NCBI GenBank assembly: GCA_964016885.1 | Contig: OZ024753.1 | Location: 28,272,001-28,336,000 of the forward strand | DNA: 64,000 bases | DNA from: Eledone cirrhosa | Lineage: Eukaryota | Direction: 5' to 3' | Shown here: piece by piece, positions 50,271 to 62,924 of the stretch | Position numbering within the stretch: the stretch's first letter is position 1 | Layout of the letters: the number at the start of each line of letters is the position of its first letter | Made by a program: the position numbers and the translations under genes | The notes under the pieces: model-generated | What the model was told of the DNA's origin: nothing | Database searches by the model: none | The model's input: only the letters and a program-made list of their open reading frames with translations

Positions 50271-50668
50271 ATACAAAACACAATTAACAAACGCTACAAA
50301 CACAACATATGTAGGATTCTTTAAGTAATCGGGGAAAACTTGGGACAAGGACAGTGGAGGTGGTTCGAGTTGTTTCCCTTACATCCAGTTTCAAGTTGAA
50401 CATATGTTAAGTGTTTTACAGCTCTTTTTGAATTTTTCAAAAATGTTTTTCCACTCATGTATGTTTTACACTACACTATTTGAAATTGCATATCATGTAG
50501 GCCCACTCTACAAAACACCAGGCAAGCAAATCATGCATAAATATGATGGTGATGGTAAAGATGTTGGTAGTGATGGTGGTGGTGGCAGTGGTGAGTTTTG
50601 TCAGTAGAAATGTGTCACAGACAGGCAGAGATACAAACGGATAGACAAATTGATAGATAGATAGATAG

Positions 50669-50706
<38 letters not shown>

Positions 50707-50710
50707 GTAT

Positions 50711-50793
<83 letters not shown>

Positions 50794-50796
50794 TAG

Positions 50797-50859
<63 letters not shown>

Positions 50860-51778
50860 TAGCGATAGATAGATGTATGTATATATATATATATACAGAT
50901 GAATATGCATGTGTGTTTTTTCTCCCAAATTTTTTTCTCATTTCCCTTTCCTTCCTCTCACCAATCTTTACTTTCTATTTATCTTCTATTTCTAATGAAT
51001 GACTAGTGTCCAAAACGTTAAAACTCTCTTCCTGCTATTTCAAGCGTTAAACTAGTATATTTCTTCCATGTACTGTGCCAATTGTTTTGTTATTTCTGTT
51101 TACCTTTCACACACACACACACACATACATATATATAAATACACACACATATAAATATTTGTTATGTGTATTTGGTGTATACGTTCGTATGTGTGCGGGT
51201 ACATGTGTCGCACACGTTTATGTATGTGTGCACGTGTTTATGTGTACGTGCATGTATATGCATGCATGGCGGGTGTTTTCGCGTATGCACCTGTATAGAT
51301 GCGTGTATGTATATATTTAATTACTATTACTTTTATGATTTTAATAACCTCTGTCATTTTCGTTCTACTAATTTATTTACATTATTCTTAACTCTGAAGC
51401 CGAGAATCATTCGGTTTCCTAAATAGAATATTAGTCTACAATTCCATTTATACCTTAAACGTGGTTTTGACTTTGCGTGTAATTGTTCTCATTGATCCAC
51501 ATAACGATGTATTATCTTCACTTTTTTCCATTCATTGCCAGGGAATGTCCTCACGTTTTCCTTTGGTTGCAACGTTTTTCGAAATATTTACTTCTGTGTT
51601 CACAGATTGATTTTTTTTAGTTTCAGAAGATCCCGACAAGGGTGAAAGCAGCGATTCTTTGCTTAACCTTTAATCTGTTATTTTAATAAATATTTGCTCT
51701 AGGGTTCTTATATATTTGATATATATTTATCCTTATCAAGCCCTCTTTGGATTTACATATGTACGTATGCATGTATGT

Positions 51779-51812
<34 letters not shown>

Positions 51813-53269
51813 GTATATATATATATATATATATATACATACATGCATTCATACATATGTATATATATACCATCAAACCCATGCTAGCGTGGAAGATGGA
51901 CGTTAAACGATGATGATGATGATAGATTAATAGATAGATAGAGAGAGAGATAGATGAACAGAAACACAGATCAGATAGATGTGGGGGTTTCTAGACAGAT
52001 ATATCTGTATAAGAACCAGATATAGGTTTGTCCCACATAATATATTTTGTAGCTGCAGTTCAATTAAATATAGATTGTTTTTTTCTCTGACTTTCACAAT
52101 AAAAGTCAATCTGTCTCTAAATTAAATTTAGGATGAAGGTGAAAAGTGGCTAACACCATAAAACCTAAGATAATCAGTGATGTGTGATAACAATTATAGT
52201 GATGATGATGATGATGATTATGGTATTGATGGTAATGATGATGGAGGTATTGATGGTATTGATGATGATCATGATGATGGTGATGAGCTTGGCTGGTCAC
52301 ACTTGGTGATCCAGCCGGATCAGTTGGAGATGGTTATTTCTAACAGAACCTGCTGGAAGGAATGTTTGAGGACTCCCCCTCCCCACACGACCCTCTCAGG
52401 AATAAGTGATCAAAGAAGTTACTAGAATTAATTCAGTAGAAAAAGATGATAAATCCTCAGACCACTGGAGCAATAGGAAAATAAAGTGCTTCGCTCAGAA
52501 ATGGATGTAAAATGATGATGATGATGGTGATGGTGGTGGTGGTGGTGGTGGTGGTGGTGGTTTTGCTGGTCGACTTTAGTCTATGTTGGAAGTCCACACT
52601 GTAAACATGGTTGGTGTTAGGAAGGGCATCCAGCCGTAGAAAACCCGCCAGACAGTCCTATACGAGCAAGACAACCAATCTTGCCTCAAGTGGGAAAATT
52701 CCCGTCCAAACCCATGCTAGCGTGGAAGATGGACGTTAAATGAAGATGATGATGATGATGATGATGGAAGACTGGTGCGATGCAGTGAGATTGAAACCCT
52801 AAACTGTGTAGTTGCCAAGTGAACCTATCTTTGTTGGTCACTGAAGAATTTAGACTAGAAACTCATTATTTGTCTATTTATTTGGAAATATATGGTTGTC
52901 TCAACCAGCTGTTTCAATGAATGAAGAAATTGATAAGGAAACTATAATGGGAGTTTGGGGGGGGGGGATTAAATTCCACTCCCTGATATATTGTAGGATT
53001 ATTTAGTGAATTTTTTTGGTGTTGTTGATATTGTTGTTGTTGTCACTGTTGCCGTTGTTGTTGTTGTCACTGTTGTTGCTGTTGTTGTTATCACTGTTGT
53101 CATTGTTGCTGTTGTCGTCTATTTGGTTTAGCTCAGTTTTGATCAAGCAGACCTAGCGTTAAATGTTTCAACCATGACCAGTCATTATATTTAAACATAT
53201 TAAACATACAAATGTATTAAACATATTATGAAACATATTATTAAACATAAATTTATTAAACATTATTAA

Positions 53270-53489
53270 CCCTTTAGCATTCACATTACTCTATATATAC
53301 TATTGTATTTTCATGGTAAAGGCTTTACCTCGCATAATTATGTCACATAATATTGAATCTATGAGATTTTGAAAGTATTTATTTTGAGAACAATACCTTA
53401 ACATCAGTTTGACTGACCAGTTACAGCCAGTTTCAACAGAAAGAGGTAGAGAATTCTGGCCGGTTTAGACCGGTTTGAACATTAAAGGG
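53270..53489. mobile_element. piggyBac-type MITE
   Basis: TTAA TSD with CCCTTTA/TAAAGGG ends. Confidence 0.85.
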
Positions 53490-53497
53490 TTAAACAT

Positions 53498-53812
53498 AAA
53501 GACCCCCTTCGGTCACTAATGACCATGGGATTTGCAGCTAGAAAGTTCCCCTCAGATGCACAAGTCCAGGCAAGTTTGTTTGTGGAAGACCAGCAGTTGC
53601 CCATGCATACCAGTCTCCTCTCTCCACGTCAATGATGTTGTCCAAGGGAAAGGCGCAACGGCTGATACAGCTTGGCACCAGTGATGTCACAACTCATTTC
53701 TACAGCAACATGAAAAAACACAAGAACACAGCGCAAAGCCTGGTCTGAGAATCGGACTGACAAGCTCACAATTGTTAATCGATACTCTAGCCATTAAGCC
53801 ATGTGCCTTCAC
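53498..53812 (-). mobile_element. tRNA-CORE SINE with a third type of 3' tail
   Basis: Head at ~53812. The body is shared with the copy at 60537-60730. Confidence 0.75.
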
Positions 53813-54118
53813 ATTATCAAACATATTTATTAAACATATTATTAAATATATACATTTTTAAAACATTATTAAACATACTATCGAACATACAAATTTATCA
53901 AACATATTATTAAACATACATATATACATCAGAAAAATATTGGAGGATGCAGAGTGATGCAGTATTGTAGTATTTTATTGTGTAGTATCATGTAGAATAT
54001 TGCAGTGTGACAATGTTATTTAAACACCACATCAGCTCTAATTAAAAGGACCTATGGTCAATGGTGTTCTAGCTGTGGTCATCCTATCTTATTTATTTAC
54101 AACTTATTTACAATTTAA

Positions 54119-54340
54119 CCCTTTAGCACTTAAACTGGCCATATCTGGCCAGAATTCTCTCACATCTTTCTATTCAAACTGGCCATAACCGGCTGCTCAT
54201 ACTGATGTTAAGGTATTGTTTTCAAAATAAATAACATCATCAAAATCTCGTAGATTTTGATATATGAGATAATTATGTGAGATAAAGTCTTTGCTGCGAA
54301 AATACAATAATATATAGAGAGTAATGTAAATGCTAAAGGG
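54119..54340. mobile_element. piggyBac-type MITE
   Basis: TTAA-CCCTTTAGCA...TGCTAAAGGG-TTAA. Confidence 0.88.
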
Positions 54341-54665
54341 TTAAGAAATATGTCTTTCTGTTTTAATATGGTAAAGTGTGATTTGGAGTACATATGGTTG
54401 TTATTTCTAGAAGAGCGAGAGACCACGCAGAAGCACCCTCACCTTGTTGGTTTGTATGAGACATGTATGAAAGTAGTGCAGTGTTTCAACTGGGACTGAT
54501 GCCAACATTATCGTCTTTCAATTGAATATATTAGTTCTTCCATTGAGATGCAAAGCTGAAGAAGCCTTTCCATATATTTCCATATTTCCAGTGAATTATG
54601 TGAATTGTTCTTTTCAAAAGCAGGAGAGTCAATACATCTGGCATCATCTTGTAGGAGAAACACTG

Positions 54666-55050
54666 CTAGCTTGGTCATAGTAGCTTGGGCATACTAGCTT
54701 GGTCATACTAGCTTGGTCATAGTAGCTTGGTCAAAGTAGCTTGGTCATAGTAGCTTGGTCATAGTAGCTTGGTCATATTAGCTTCGCCATAGTAGCTTGG
54801 TCATATTAGCTTCGTCATTCTGGCTTGGGCATACTAGCTTGGTCATATTAGCTTGCTCATCTTAGCTTGGTCATATTAGCTCGGTCATACTAGCTTGGTC
54901 ATACTAGCTTGATCATAGTAGCTTGGTCATACAAGCTTGGTCATACAAGCTTGGTCATACTAGCTTTGTTATACTAGCTTGGTCATAGTAGCTTGGTCAT
55001 ACTAGCTTGATCATAGTAGCTTGGTCATATTAGCTTGATCAAACTAGCTT
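54666..55050. repeat. 14-bp minisatellite, ~27 copies
   Basis: Unit TAGCTTGGTCATA(G/C/T). Confidence 0.95.
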
Positions 55051-55198
55051 GTCATCTCTTGCAGGAATTCTCGGGAATGGCCTATCACTGTGATGTCATC
55101 GGCAAAGTCTAGGTCGCTTAATCTCCTTCCATCCCAACTGATGCCAAAATGAGGGTCACTCATTGTCTTCTTCATGATGAAATCGATGACAATGAGGA
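55051..55198 (-). mobile_element. RT catalytic segment of the adjacent RTE, in opposite orientation
   Basis: Reverse strand reads FLIVIDFIMKKTMSDPHFGISWDGRRLSDLDFADDITVIGHSREFLQEMT. Confidence 0.9.
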
Positions 55199-55247
55199 GC
55201 TCCGCCTTAGCCGGTCCCAAGCCCGGTTGAGAAAGGAGGAGGCTTGG
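55198..55247 (+). ncRNA. Twister ribozyme (3' cleavage product, P1 5' strand absent)
   Basis: AG CTCC GCC TTA GCCGG TCCCAAGC CCGG TTGAGAAA GGAG GAGG matches the P1-type twister core (UA)AC...GCC...GCCGGUCCCAAGCCCGG...GAGG. Confidence 0.8.
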
Positions 55248-56980
55248 GGTGTGGGGTTAGCAGCCCTACCCCCGTAAAAAACTTTTCACTGCTACAGAAA
55301 CGACGAGAAAAAACCATTTTGATATCCAGCGGCGGAAAAGAGAAGACACGTCATCCCTGGATGCACCTAGCCAGGTCAAAGCCGAAAGGAGGGCCAACCG
55401 CGGATAAGTCCTATCTTCAACGCCAAATCAAACAAGAGCAGGCACCTGGAATGTCCGCACGCTCTTTCGGGACGGACGGATGGAGCAGGTGCTGAAGGAG
55501 ATGAGAGAATATCGCCTTGACATCATGGGCATCAGCAAGACGAGGTGGACAGGACGGGTATGACTCAACAGCGGAGACATAACTATTCTCTACTCCGGTG
55601 ATGATGACCACCATGTCCACGGAGTCCTACCGAGGGGCAGACATCGGATCTGACCATCATCTTGTGGTTGGAAAAATCCGCTTGAGGTTGAAGAAGAACA
55701 AAGAAAATAAGACCGTGAGGCCATATGCTGTCGCAAGCCTGCAAGACCAAGGCACGTCAGAGGGATTCTACCCGGAGATCAGGAATAAGTTCCAAGAACT
55801 ACAGCACGCTCAGAACCGTGAAGACCAGTGGCAGATGTTTGCTCAGGCGGTCAGGGCAAGTGCTGATGTAGTTATTGGTAGAAGAAGGGGGACCAACCGG
55901 GAACAGTGGATCAGCAGTACTTTATGGAATCTCATTGATGAGAGGAAGGACGTTAAGAACAAAAGAGATCAAACCAAAACTCGACAGCAATGGAAGGAAG
56001 TGGACAAAGAGTACAGACGTCTTGACAAGGAAGTAAAGAAGGGCTGTCGAAAAGACAAGCACCAGTGGTTAGAAGATCGGGCTGCAGAGGCACAGGTGGC
56101 AGCAGATCAAAATAATTCCAAGACGCTGTACCGGATTGTCAGAGAGCTAACTGGAGGACGAAGTGGAAGCAGTTTGCCAATCAAGAGCAAAGATGGTCGG
56201 ATACTTGCAGCCAGGGAAGGGCAGGCCCAGAGGTGGAACAAACACTTTCGTGAGGTCCTCAATCAGCCATCCCCCAACACAGTCTTCGAGCTTGACTGGA
56301 AGGAAGCGAGCTACCGGCTGGACGTACAACTAGACGACATCACAAGAGCTGAGGTGGCCAAGGCCATCTATTACCAAAAGAATAACAAAGTGGCAGGGCT
56401 GGATGAGATTCCTGCAGAGCTTCTGAAGCACGGCAAGGATGTAATAGAGGAGCAGCTCACCCATATTTATGCAATGTGATTTGACAAGAAGAGGAGGTGC
56501 CGGAGGACTGGGGAAATGGAGTGATTGTACCACTACCGAAGAAGGGCTGTCTCAGCGACTGCAACAACTGGAGAGGGATCACGTTGCTATCAGTGCAGGG
56601 GAAGGTATTCTGCACAGTCATCCTGAACCGGCTGAGAGCAGAAGTAGATCATCATCTTTGAGACGAACAGGCTGGCTTCCGCAGTGGAAGGTCTTGTTCA
56701 GAACAGATCTTCACTCTCCGAAATATCATTGAACTATGTCGGGAGTTCCACAAGTCCCTTGTTGTCAACTACATTGACTTCAGGAAAGCTTTCAACAGTG
56801 TTCATCGGGAGTCATTGTGGAAGATTGTAAGACTCTACGGTGTCCCAGAGAAATATATTAACATCTTCAGGTCGCTGTACCGACATTCCAGGTGCTGCAT
56901 TAGGACAAAGGACGGAAACACGGAAATGTTTGACATCTTGACGGGTGTTCGACAAGGCTGCATCCTTTCACCTTTCCTAT
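55198..56980 (+). mobile_element. 5' half of a decayed RTE LINE (Schistosoma SR2/Perere-3-like)
   Basis: GTWNVRTL...DIMGISKTRWTG, an internal EN deletion, GADIGSDHHLV, AGLDEIPAELLK, NWRGITLLS, QAGFR, IDFRKAFNSV and GVRQGCILSPFL, with stops and frameshifts. Confidence 0.92.
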
Positions 56981-57148
56981 ATATATATATACATATATAT
57001 ATATTCTAAAAAATAAATCATACATAAAATACCAGCACCAACAATTATGCAAGAGATGTCAACATGAATGGATCTGTTATTTTCATGTAAAGACATTTTT
57101 TCCAATTCCAACCCGCCCGCCCCCTCAATCTATCTATTTCTCATTCTT

Positions 57149-57184
57149 TCTTCTGATGAAGGACTAGCGTCCGAAACGTTAAGA
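57149..57184 (+). ncRNA. Minimal type I hammerhead ribozyme (family B end 57030-57270)
   Basis: Core identical to 45835-45870. Confidence 0.8.
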
Positions 57185-57268
57185 CCCTCTTCCTGCTATA
57201 TCAATCGTTAACCTAATATATCCCTTCCATATACTGTACGGAGTGTGTTGTTATTTCTGTTTACCTTT

Positions 57269-57327
<59 letters not shown>

Positions 57328-58887
57328 AAATATATATATATATAATATATATATATAAGGATAACATCATCATCTTTATATATATATAAGGATATATATG
57401 TGTATATATAAATACATATGTATAAATATAAATATATATATATATACAATGATATTAAATAAATGGAAACTATATTTATAAAACCATATTTATTTTATTA
57501 TATTTATTTCCCGCTGAGGTTGACTTTGCCTTTCATCCTTACGGGGTCGATAAAATAAAGTACCAGTAATGCACTGGGTAATTGCTGGCCTTGTGCCAAA
57601 AAGTAGAAACAATTATATATATTTCAAGGGTACCAAAAGATATTGGTACGCTTTCCTTAGATAAAATACAAAGTTTGTTTTATAAATAGAGACATACCCA
57701 TGAAAATCATACCTTATCGGTTGGATATTCTCTGGATAGTGGAAATATATTAGGGATTTTTCAAACTTATGGGTGCATAGGCAAATGAATATGTAAATAA
57801 TTGAAAAACAACCGTTTATTTAAACGACTATGGAGAGAGAGAAGAGATAAGAGGAGAAGGATAAAATAGTGAGAGAGAGAAGAAAGAAAAAAGGAAAGAT
57901 GAATAAAAACTCATATAACGTTAATTTGAGGGAAATATATTCTAAGTATATATCTTAATAGTACGTGTATTTACGATTATTAGTTATTTAAAATTTGCTT
58001 ATAATATAATATTTTTCTTTTGTTATAAGTAGATAAATAAATAAATAAATAAATATATGGGTATATCATGTTATAGATAATTGTTCTAATGAGTTATGAG
58101 GGATATTGGTTTTGTATTTTATGTAAATAAAATGTTAAATTAAATTAAATTAACTGAGTTAAGAAGAATATTTATATTTATATGATTTAAAATAGGAAGA
58201 TACAGAAAAAACTCTGGTTTAATTTATTTATTCGTTAGTGTGAGACTATTTAGTCAAAATAAGTATAGATGTTGAAGATACATTTAGCCAGAATCAGTTA
58301 GTGGTTATAAATCTATTGAAAAAATATTGAAAAAGTATTGAGAAAATATTGAAAAATTTGAGAAAATAAAAAAAAAAAAATAATTTATAAGGGATAAGTA
58401 ATTTTTAAAGAAATTATTAAAATTAAAATTAAAAATTAAAAAAAATTAGAATTATATACGTATATATTTTATGAAACTTTAAGAAGTGGAATTACAGCAA
58501 ATGTTATAGATATTATGATTTAGAGATATCAACATATTAAAACCAAGTGGGTGAGATTGTTATGGAAATAAGTAGGAATATTATAAGTATAATTATAAGT
58601 TATATATAGTTCTGAATGTTGAATTCTGGCGATGTCTACAAGAATTAAATAAATTTGTTCTTAGATTAATAGAGTTTTTACATTTAAGTATGTAAAAAAT
58701 TTCCTCAATACACAATTTGCAGAATCTAGATAAAGCTGTGTTTCGGTACGCGGAAATATGGTTTTATAAATATAGTTTCCATTTATTTAATATCATTGAA
58801 TATTTACTCCACTAACTTGTTGAGTGCTCTAAATCAGTTATAGACATTTAATTTATCGGACTTCCAACAAATTAAATACCCCTTCTA

Positions 58888-58919
<32 letters not shown>

Positions 58920-58924
<5 letters not shown>

Positions 58925-59223
58925 TCCTTGAGCAAGACACTTTATTTCACATTGCTCCAGTTTACTCAGCTGTAGAAATGAGATGATAGGGACTGGTGTC
59001 CCTATCATTCCACTGCAAAGTGGTCGTGGAGGTGCCATGGCAAAAACGTACCCAGCCCACACTGTAAAGTGGATGTGTAGGCACCACGGAAAAAAATCTC
59101 CCAGCACTCACTGTAAATGAGGTTGGTGTTAGGAAGGGCATCCAGCTGTAGAAATCAAGCCAGAATCAGTTTCCGTCCCATCCTTGCAAGCAGGGAAAAG
59201 CAGACGTAAAATGATGATGATGA
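58920..59223 (+). mobile_element. Family A SINE lacking tRNA head
   Basis: Core, modules and RTE tail are present. Confidence 0.85.
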
Positions 59224-59439
59224 TATATATATATATGATGATGATGATGATGGGGGTGGTGGTGGTATTAATGATGATGATCATGATGAGCTCGGCTGGT
59301 CTTGCTTGTGGATACAGCCGGATCATTTGGAGACAGTTGCTTCTGACAGGACCCGCTGGAAGGAAGGTTTAAGTGAACGAAGAAGAAGATTCTATTATTT
59401 ATAAACATATATTGATTCCATCAGGGAAGTGGGCTTGCT

Positions 59440-59725
59440 CAAAATGTAGAAAAGAAGTAGGCATAAACTCTATACAATGTATAGAAGAGTTGTAGTGGGA
59501 TAACAGACAGACTAACAGAAGAGGAAGACTTTGTATGTAGATGTTCAGGGTTAATTTATAGTAACAGTGACAATGATATAAATCTTTTCCAAAAGAGATC
59601 CATAGATGTGGTTGATAGCTTCTGCTACCTAGGTGATTTAATTAACAGTGGAAGAGGGTGCTTTGAGAGCATAGTAGCTAGAATAAGGATAAGATGGAAT
59701 AAGTTTAGGGAACTATTACCACTGA
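59440..59725 (+). mobile_element. Old PHD-RTE fragment
   Basis: Decayed finger region followed by VVDSFCYLGDLINSGRGCFESIVARIRIRWNKFRELLPL. Confidence 0.8.
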
Positions 59726-60436
59726 CCCACAATATTGTAGTACACTTGAGTACTGTACACACTAATTTTCTTTATATTATATTCCTCTCTTTTTTGTTAT
59801 TTTTGTCTTCCATAATGCATTCCACATGTGTGAGTGTGTGTGTGTGTGTGTGAGTGTGTGTGAGTGTGTGTGTATCTGAGTATTTGCATATGTGTGTATG
59901 CAGATGTATGTACGTATATATGTAAATTCATGTGTGTATCTGTGTGTGAGTGTGTATCTGTCTGTGTGTGTATCTGTGTGTATGTGTGTGTGTCTGTATC
60001 TGTGCATGTGTGTGTGTGTGTGTCTGTGTATCTGTGTCTGTATGTGTGTGTATCTCTGTGTGGGTGTATGTATCTCTCTGTGCATGTGTGTGTCTGTGTG
60101 TCTGTGAATCTGTGTATCTCTGTGTGGGTGTATGTATCTTTCTCTCTCTCCCTCTCTCTCTCTCTTTCTCTCTCTCTGTCCTGTGTGTGTGTAATTGGGC
60201 TACAGCCATTCCTTTATACCTGCTTCATTTAAAAAATATCCATTAACCAGTTTAATGTTGAGCCATTAATATTCTGTGTATTGGCAGTGTATTTAGGTTG
60301 TATAGGAAATTGGTATAATATGTTTCCTTCGCCGAAGGAGGAGAAAAACTGAACAGAGCTTTCAGTGACCCATGTAACCATCTTCACATACATATCGTCC
60401 CATAACACCTGGTGGAGTTGTAGGAGCACCGTAGTG

Positions 60437-60923
60437 CAGAGGCGTAGCTAGGGTATGGCAAGCATGGCAAGTATGGCATGTGCCATGGGCGTCACCTGGA
60501 CTAAGAGCACGTTCTATTACAGTTAAATAAGACTCGTCAGGTGTTGTCTAAGGGAAAGGCAATGGCTGATACAGCTTGGCACCTGTGATGTCGCAACTCA
60601 TTTCTACAGCTGAGTAAACTGGAGAAATGTGAAATAAGGTGTCTTGCTCAAGAACACAAGGCAAAGCCTGGTCTGAGAATCAAACTCACGACCTCACGAT
60701 TGTAAGTCTGATGCTTTAACCACTAAGCCTCTTTGGAGAGTGAAAAAAGAAACTCCTTCAAATCTATGATCTGTCTAAGATTATCATGGGCGAGAACACT
60801 ATGGTGGCTGCATCATTAAACCATTTATATAAATTATTAGGCCCATAGGTAAAAATACAGTGTCGGGCAGGGGCGCAATTTCACTGCTTGCCGTAGACGC
60901 TTTTTTCCCTAGTTATGCCTCTG
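60437..60923. mobile_element. hAT-type MITE interrupted by a SINE (60537-60730)
   Basis: TIRs CAGAGGCGTAGCTAGGG and CCCTAGTTATGCCTCTG. Confidence 0.75.
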
Positions 60924-62427
60924 CTGGGTGTCATACAGCATTTCTTAGTGTATTTTTTAAGTCTGGCAGAACCCACCTCCTCTTCAGGTCTGAACACAGG
61001 CGATTTTTTTCCAGAGAAGGAGACAGAGAAGAAGTGAGGAAGAAATGACCCTCCACAGGTTAAATATTAAAAACTAGTTACAAACAAATGGTAGGTTAAT
61101 ATTAAAAGATGGATTTTAATTGTATCATGATTGGTTGGTAAAAGGAAATCTCTTGCTTAGCAATTTGTAAGAAGTAGTTGATTGTTATTTAATTGCTGTA
61201 GCCAAATTGTAAAGGAAGGAGAAGTTGTATGTTTCTATCTAAACTGTTCTATAATTTCTTAGTCTTAATCTTTTTTTAATCAATATTTTTTAATTAACCA
61301 CAATACAATGGTCAGCTTTAAAATAATAACTCTCCAATAATCCAAACTATCATTTGAATACATTCATTTTCTGAAAGTTATTAAAGTAATTATTGACATA
61401 ACTCCATCAGCGAGTCCATCTGTATATTCAATCACTCACCCAGTCACTTATACATTAACCCTAACATTCCTGTAAGGCCTTGACTCTGAAGATGGCTACA
61501 TGTGCAGCTGAAATCTCATTTAACATTTCCTCTTCCCATCAACAGAATCATATATTCTCTTGCTATAGTAACCAGACATGCTGCTAGGAATATGATTTAT
61601 GCAAAAGTAAACTAGTTAATTATTTCTTTAACCAAACACTCACCCACAAACACATGCACATGTGCTCATACACATGTGCATGTACACATATGCATATACA
61701 GATGTTCACACATGCACTGTCTCAAATGACAGTGTTTATAGTAAAAAGTATTTAATATAATTGTTTCTACTTTTGGCACAAGGCCAGCAATTACCCAGTG
61801 TATTACTGTTTTTTTTATTTTATCGACCCCGTAAGGATGAAAGGCAAAGTTAACCTCGGCGGGATTTGAACTCAGATTATAAAGAGCCATAACTCATTGC
61901 TGCAAAGCATGGTGTCTGACCCTCTACTGATACTGCCAAATAATTCATAGATTACAACATCCTATGTAAAGTTGTTTGAATCCTCGATTATCCTTGACCT
62001 TCTCCCTCTTGTTACTTTGGCTATCATTCTATTTCATTATACAATCATTTAAATCAGTTACAATAATTTTCTTCCATATTGGGCCTGCATGCTACAGAGT
62101 GCCTTAAGTGTATTTTCTTGGCAACAATACAAGGGAGGTTGTCATGCCTTTGGCACAACTGAAGAGTCACCTGTACACTTTGTTTGGCAAGTTTTCTACA
62201 GTTGAATGCCCTTCCTGTTGCCAACCACTGTTATCTAGATCTCACCATTACTAGAGAAGTTGTTACTTCCTTGACACTATAGAAGAGTTCTCTTGACCCT
62301 TTCTTTGGAATATTTTATATGGGTGGAATCCCTTCCTAACACCAACTTGTCTAATGTATGCAAGCATGGAAAATAGAGGTTAAGCAGTGATGATACACAC
62401 ATACACATGCACGCACACACGCACACA

Positions 62428-62493
<66 letters not shown>

Positions 62494-62924
62494 TGCACAT
62501 GTGCACATAAATCATACACACATTCACACACACATTCACACAAACACACACATTCACACACACACCCAGACATATATATAAATCAATAACCCTAATGCTC
62601 AACACCACATGAAATTTCAGATTTTACTGCCGCAAGATACAGCAAGCAGAAACATAAAAATCTGTATGCCTCATAACACTACAGTTTTTTAAGGATGTCA
62701 GGCAAAGGTTGCAAAAGGTAACTTATTTTTATATTTTTCTCTGCTGATTTAGAAGGTAGTTTCTCATTTAATGTTCTTCCAATATTCATGAAACCATTTT
62801 TCAAACATGGTTGACTGTCTTTGACTTAGTAACATCACTTGTTAATCAATTCCAGTTCATATGGATCTTGTTTGAGAAGGTTTTCTTTCTCGATAGAATG
62901 TTTGCATAATTTCATAAATAATCA

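Noticed and set aside
61482-61520. Hammerhead-like CTGAAGA...GAAA (also 52840-52864 and 40388-40410)
   Set aside because: Stem I/III pairing or the GAAA box is missing. At most these are decayed relics.
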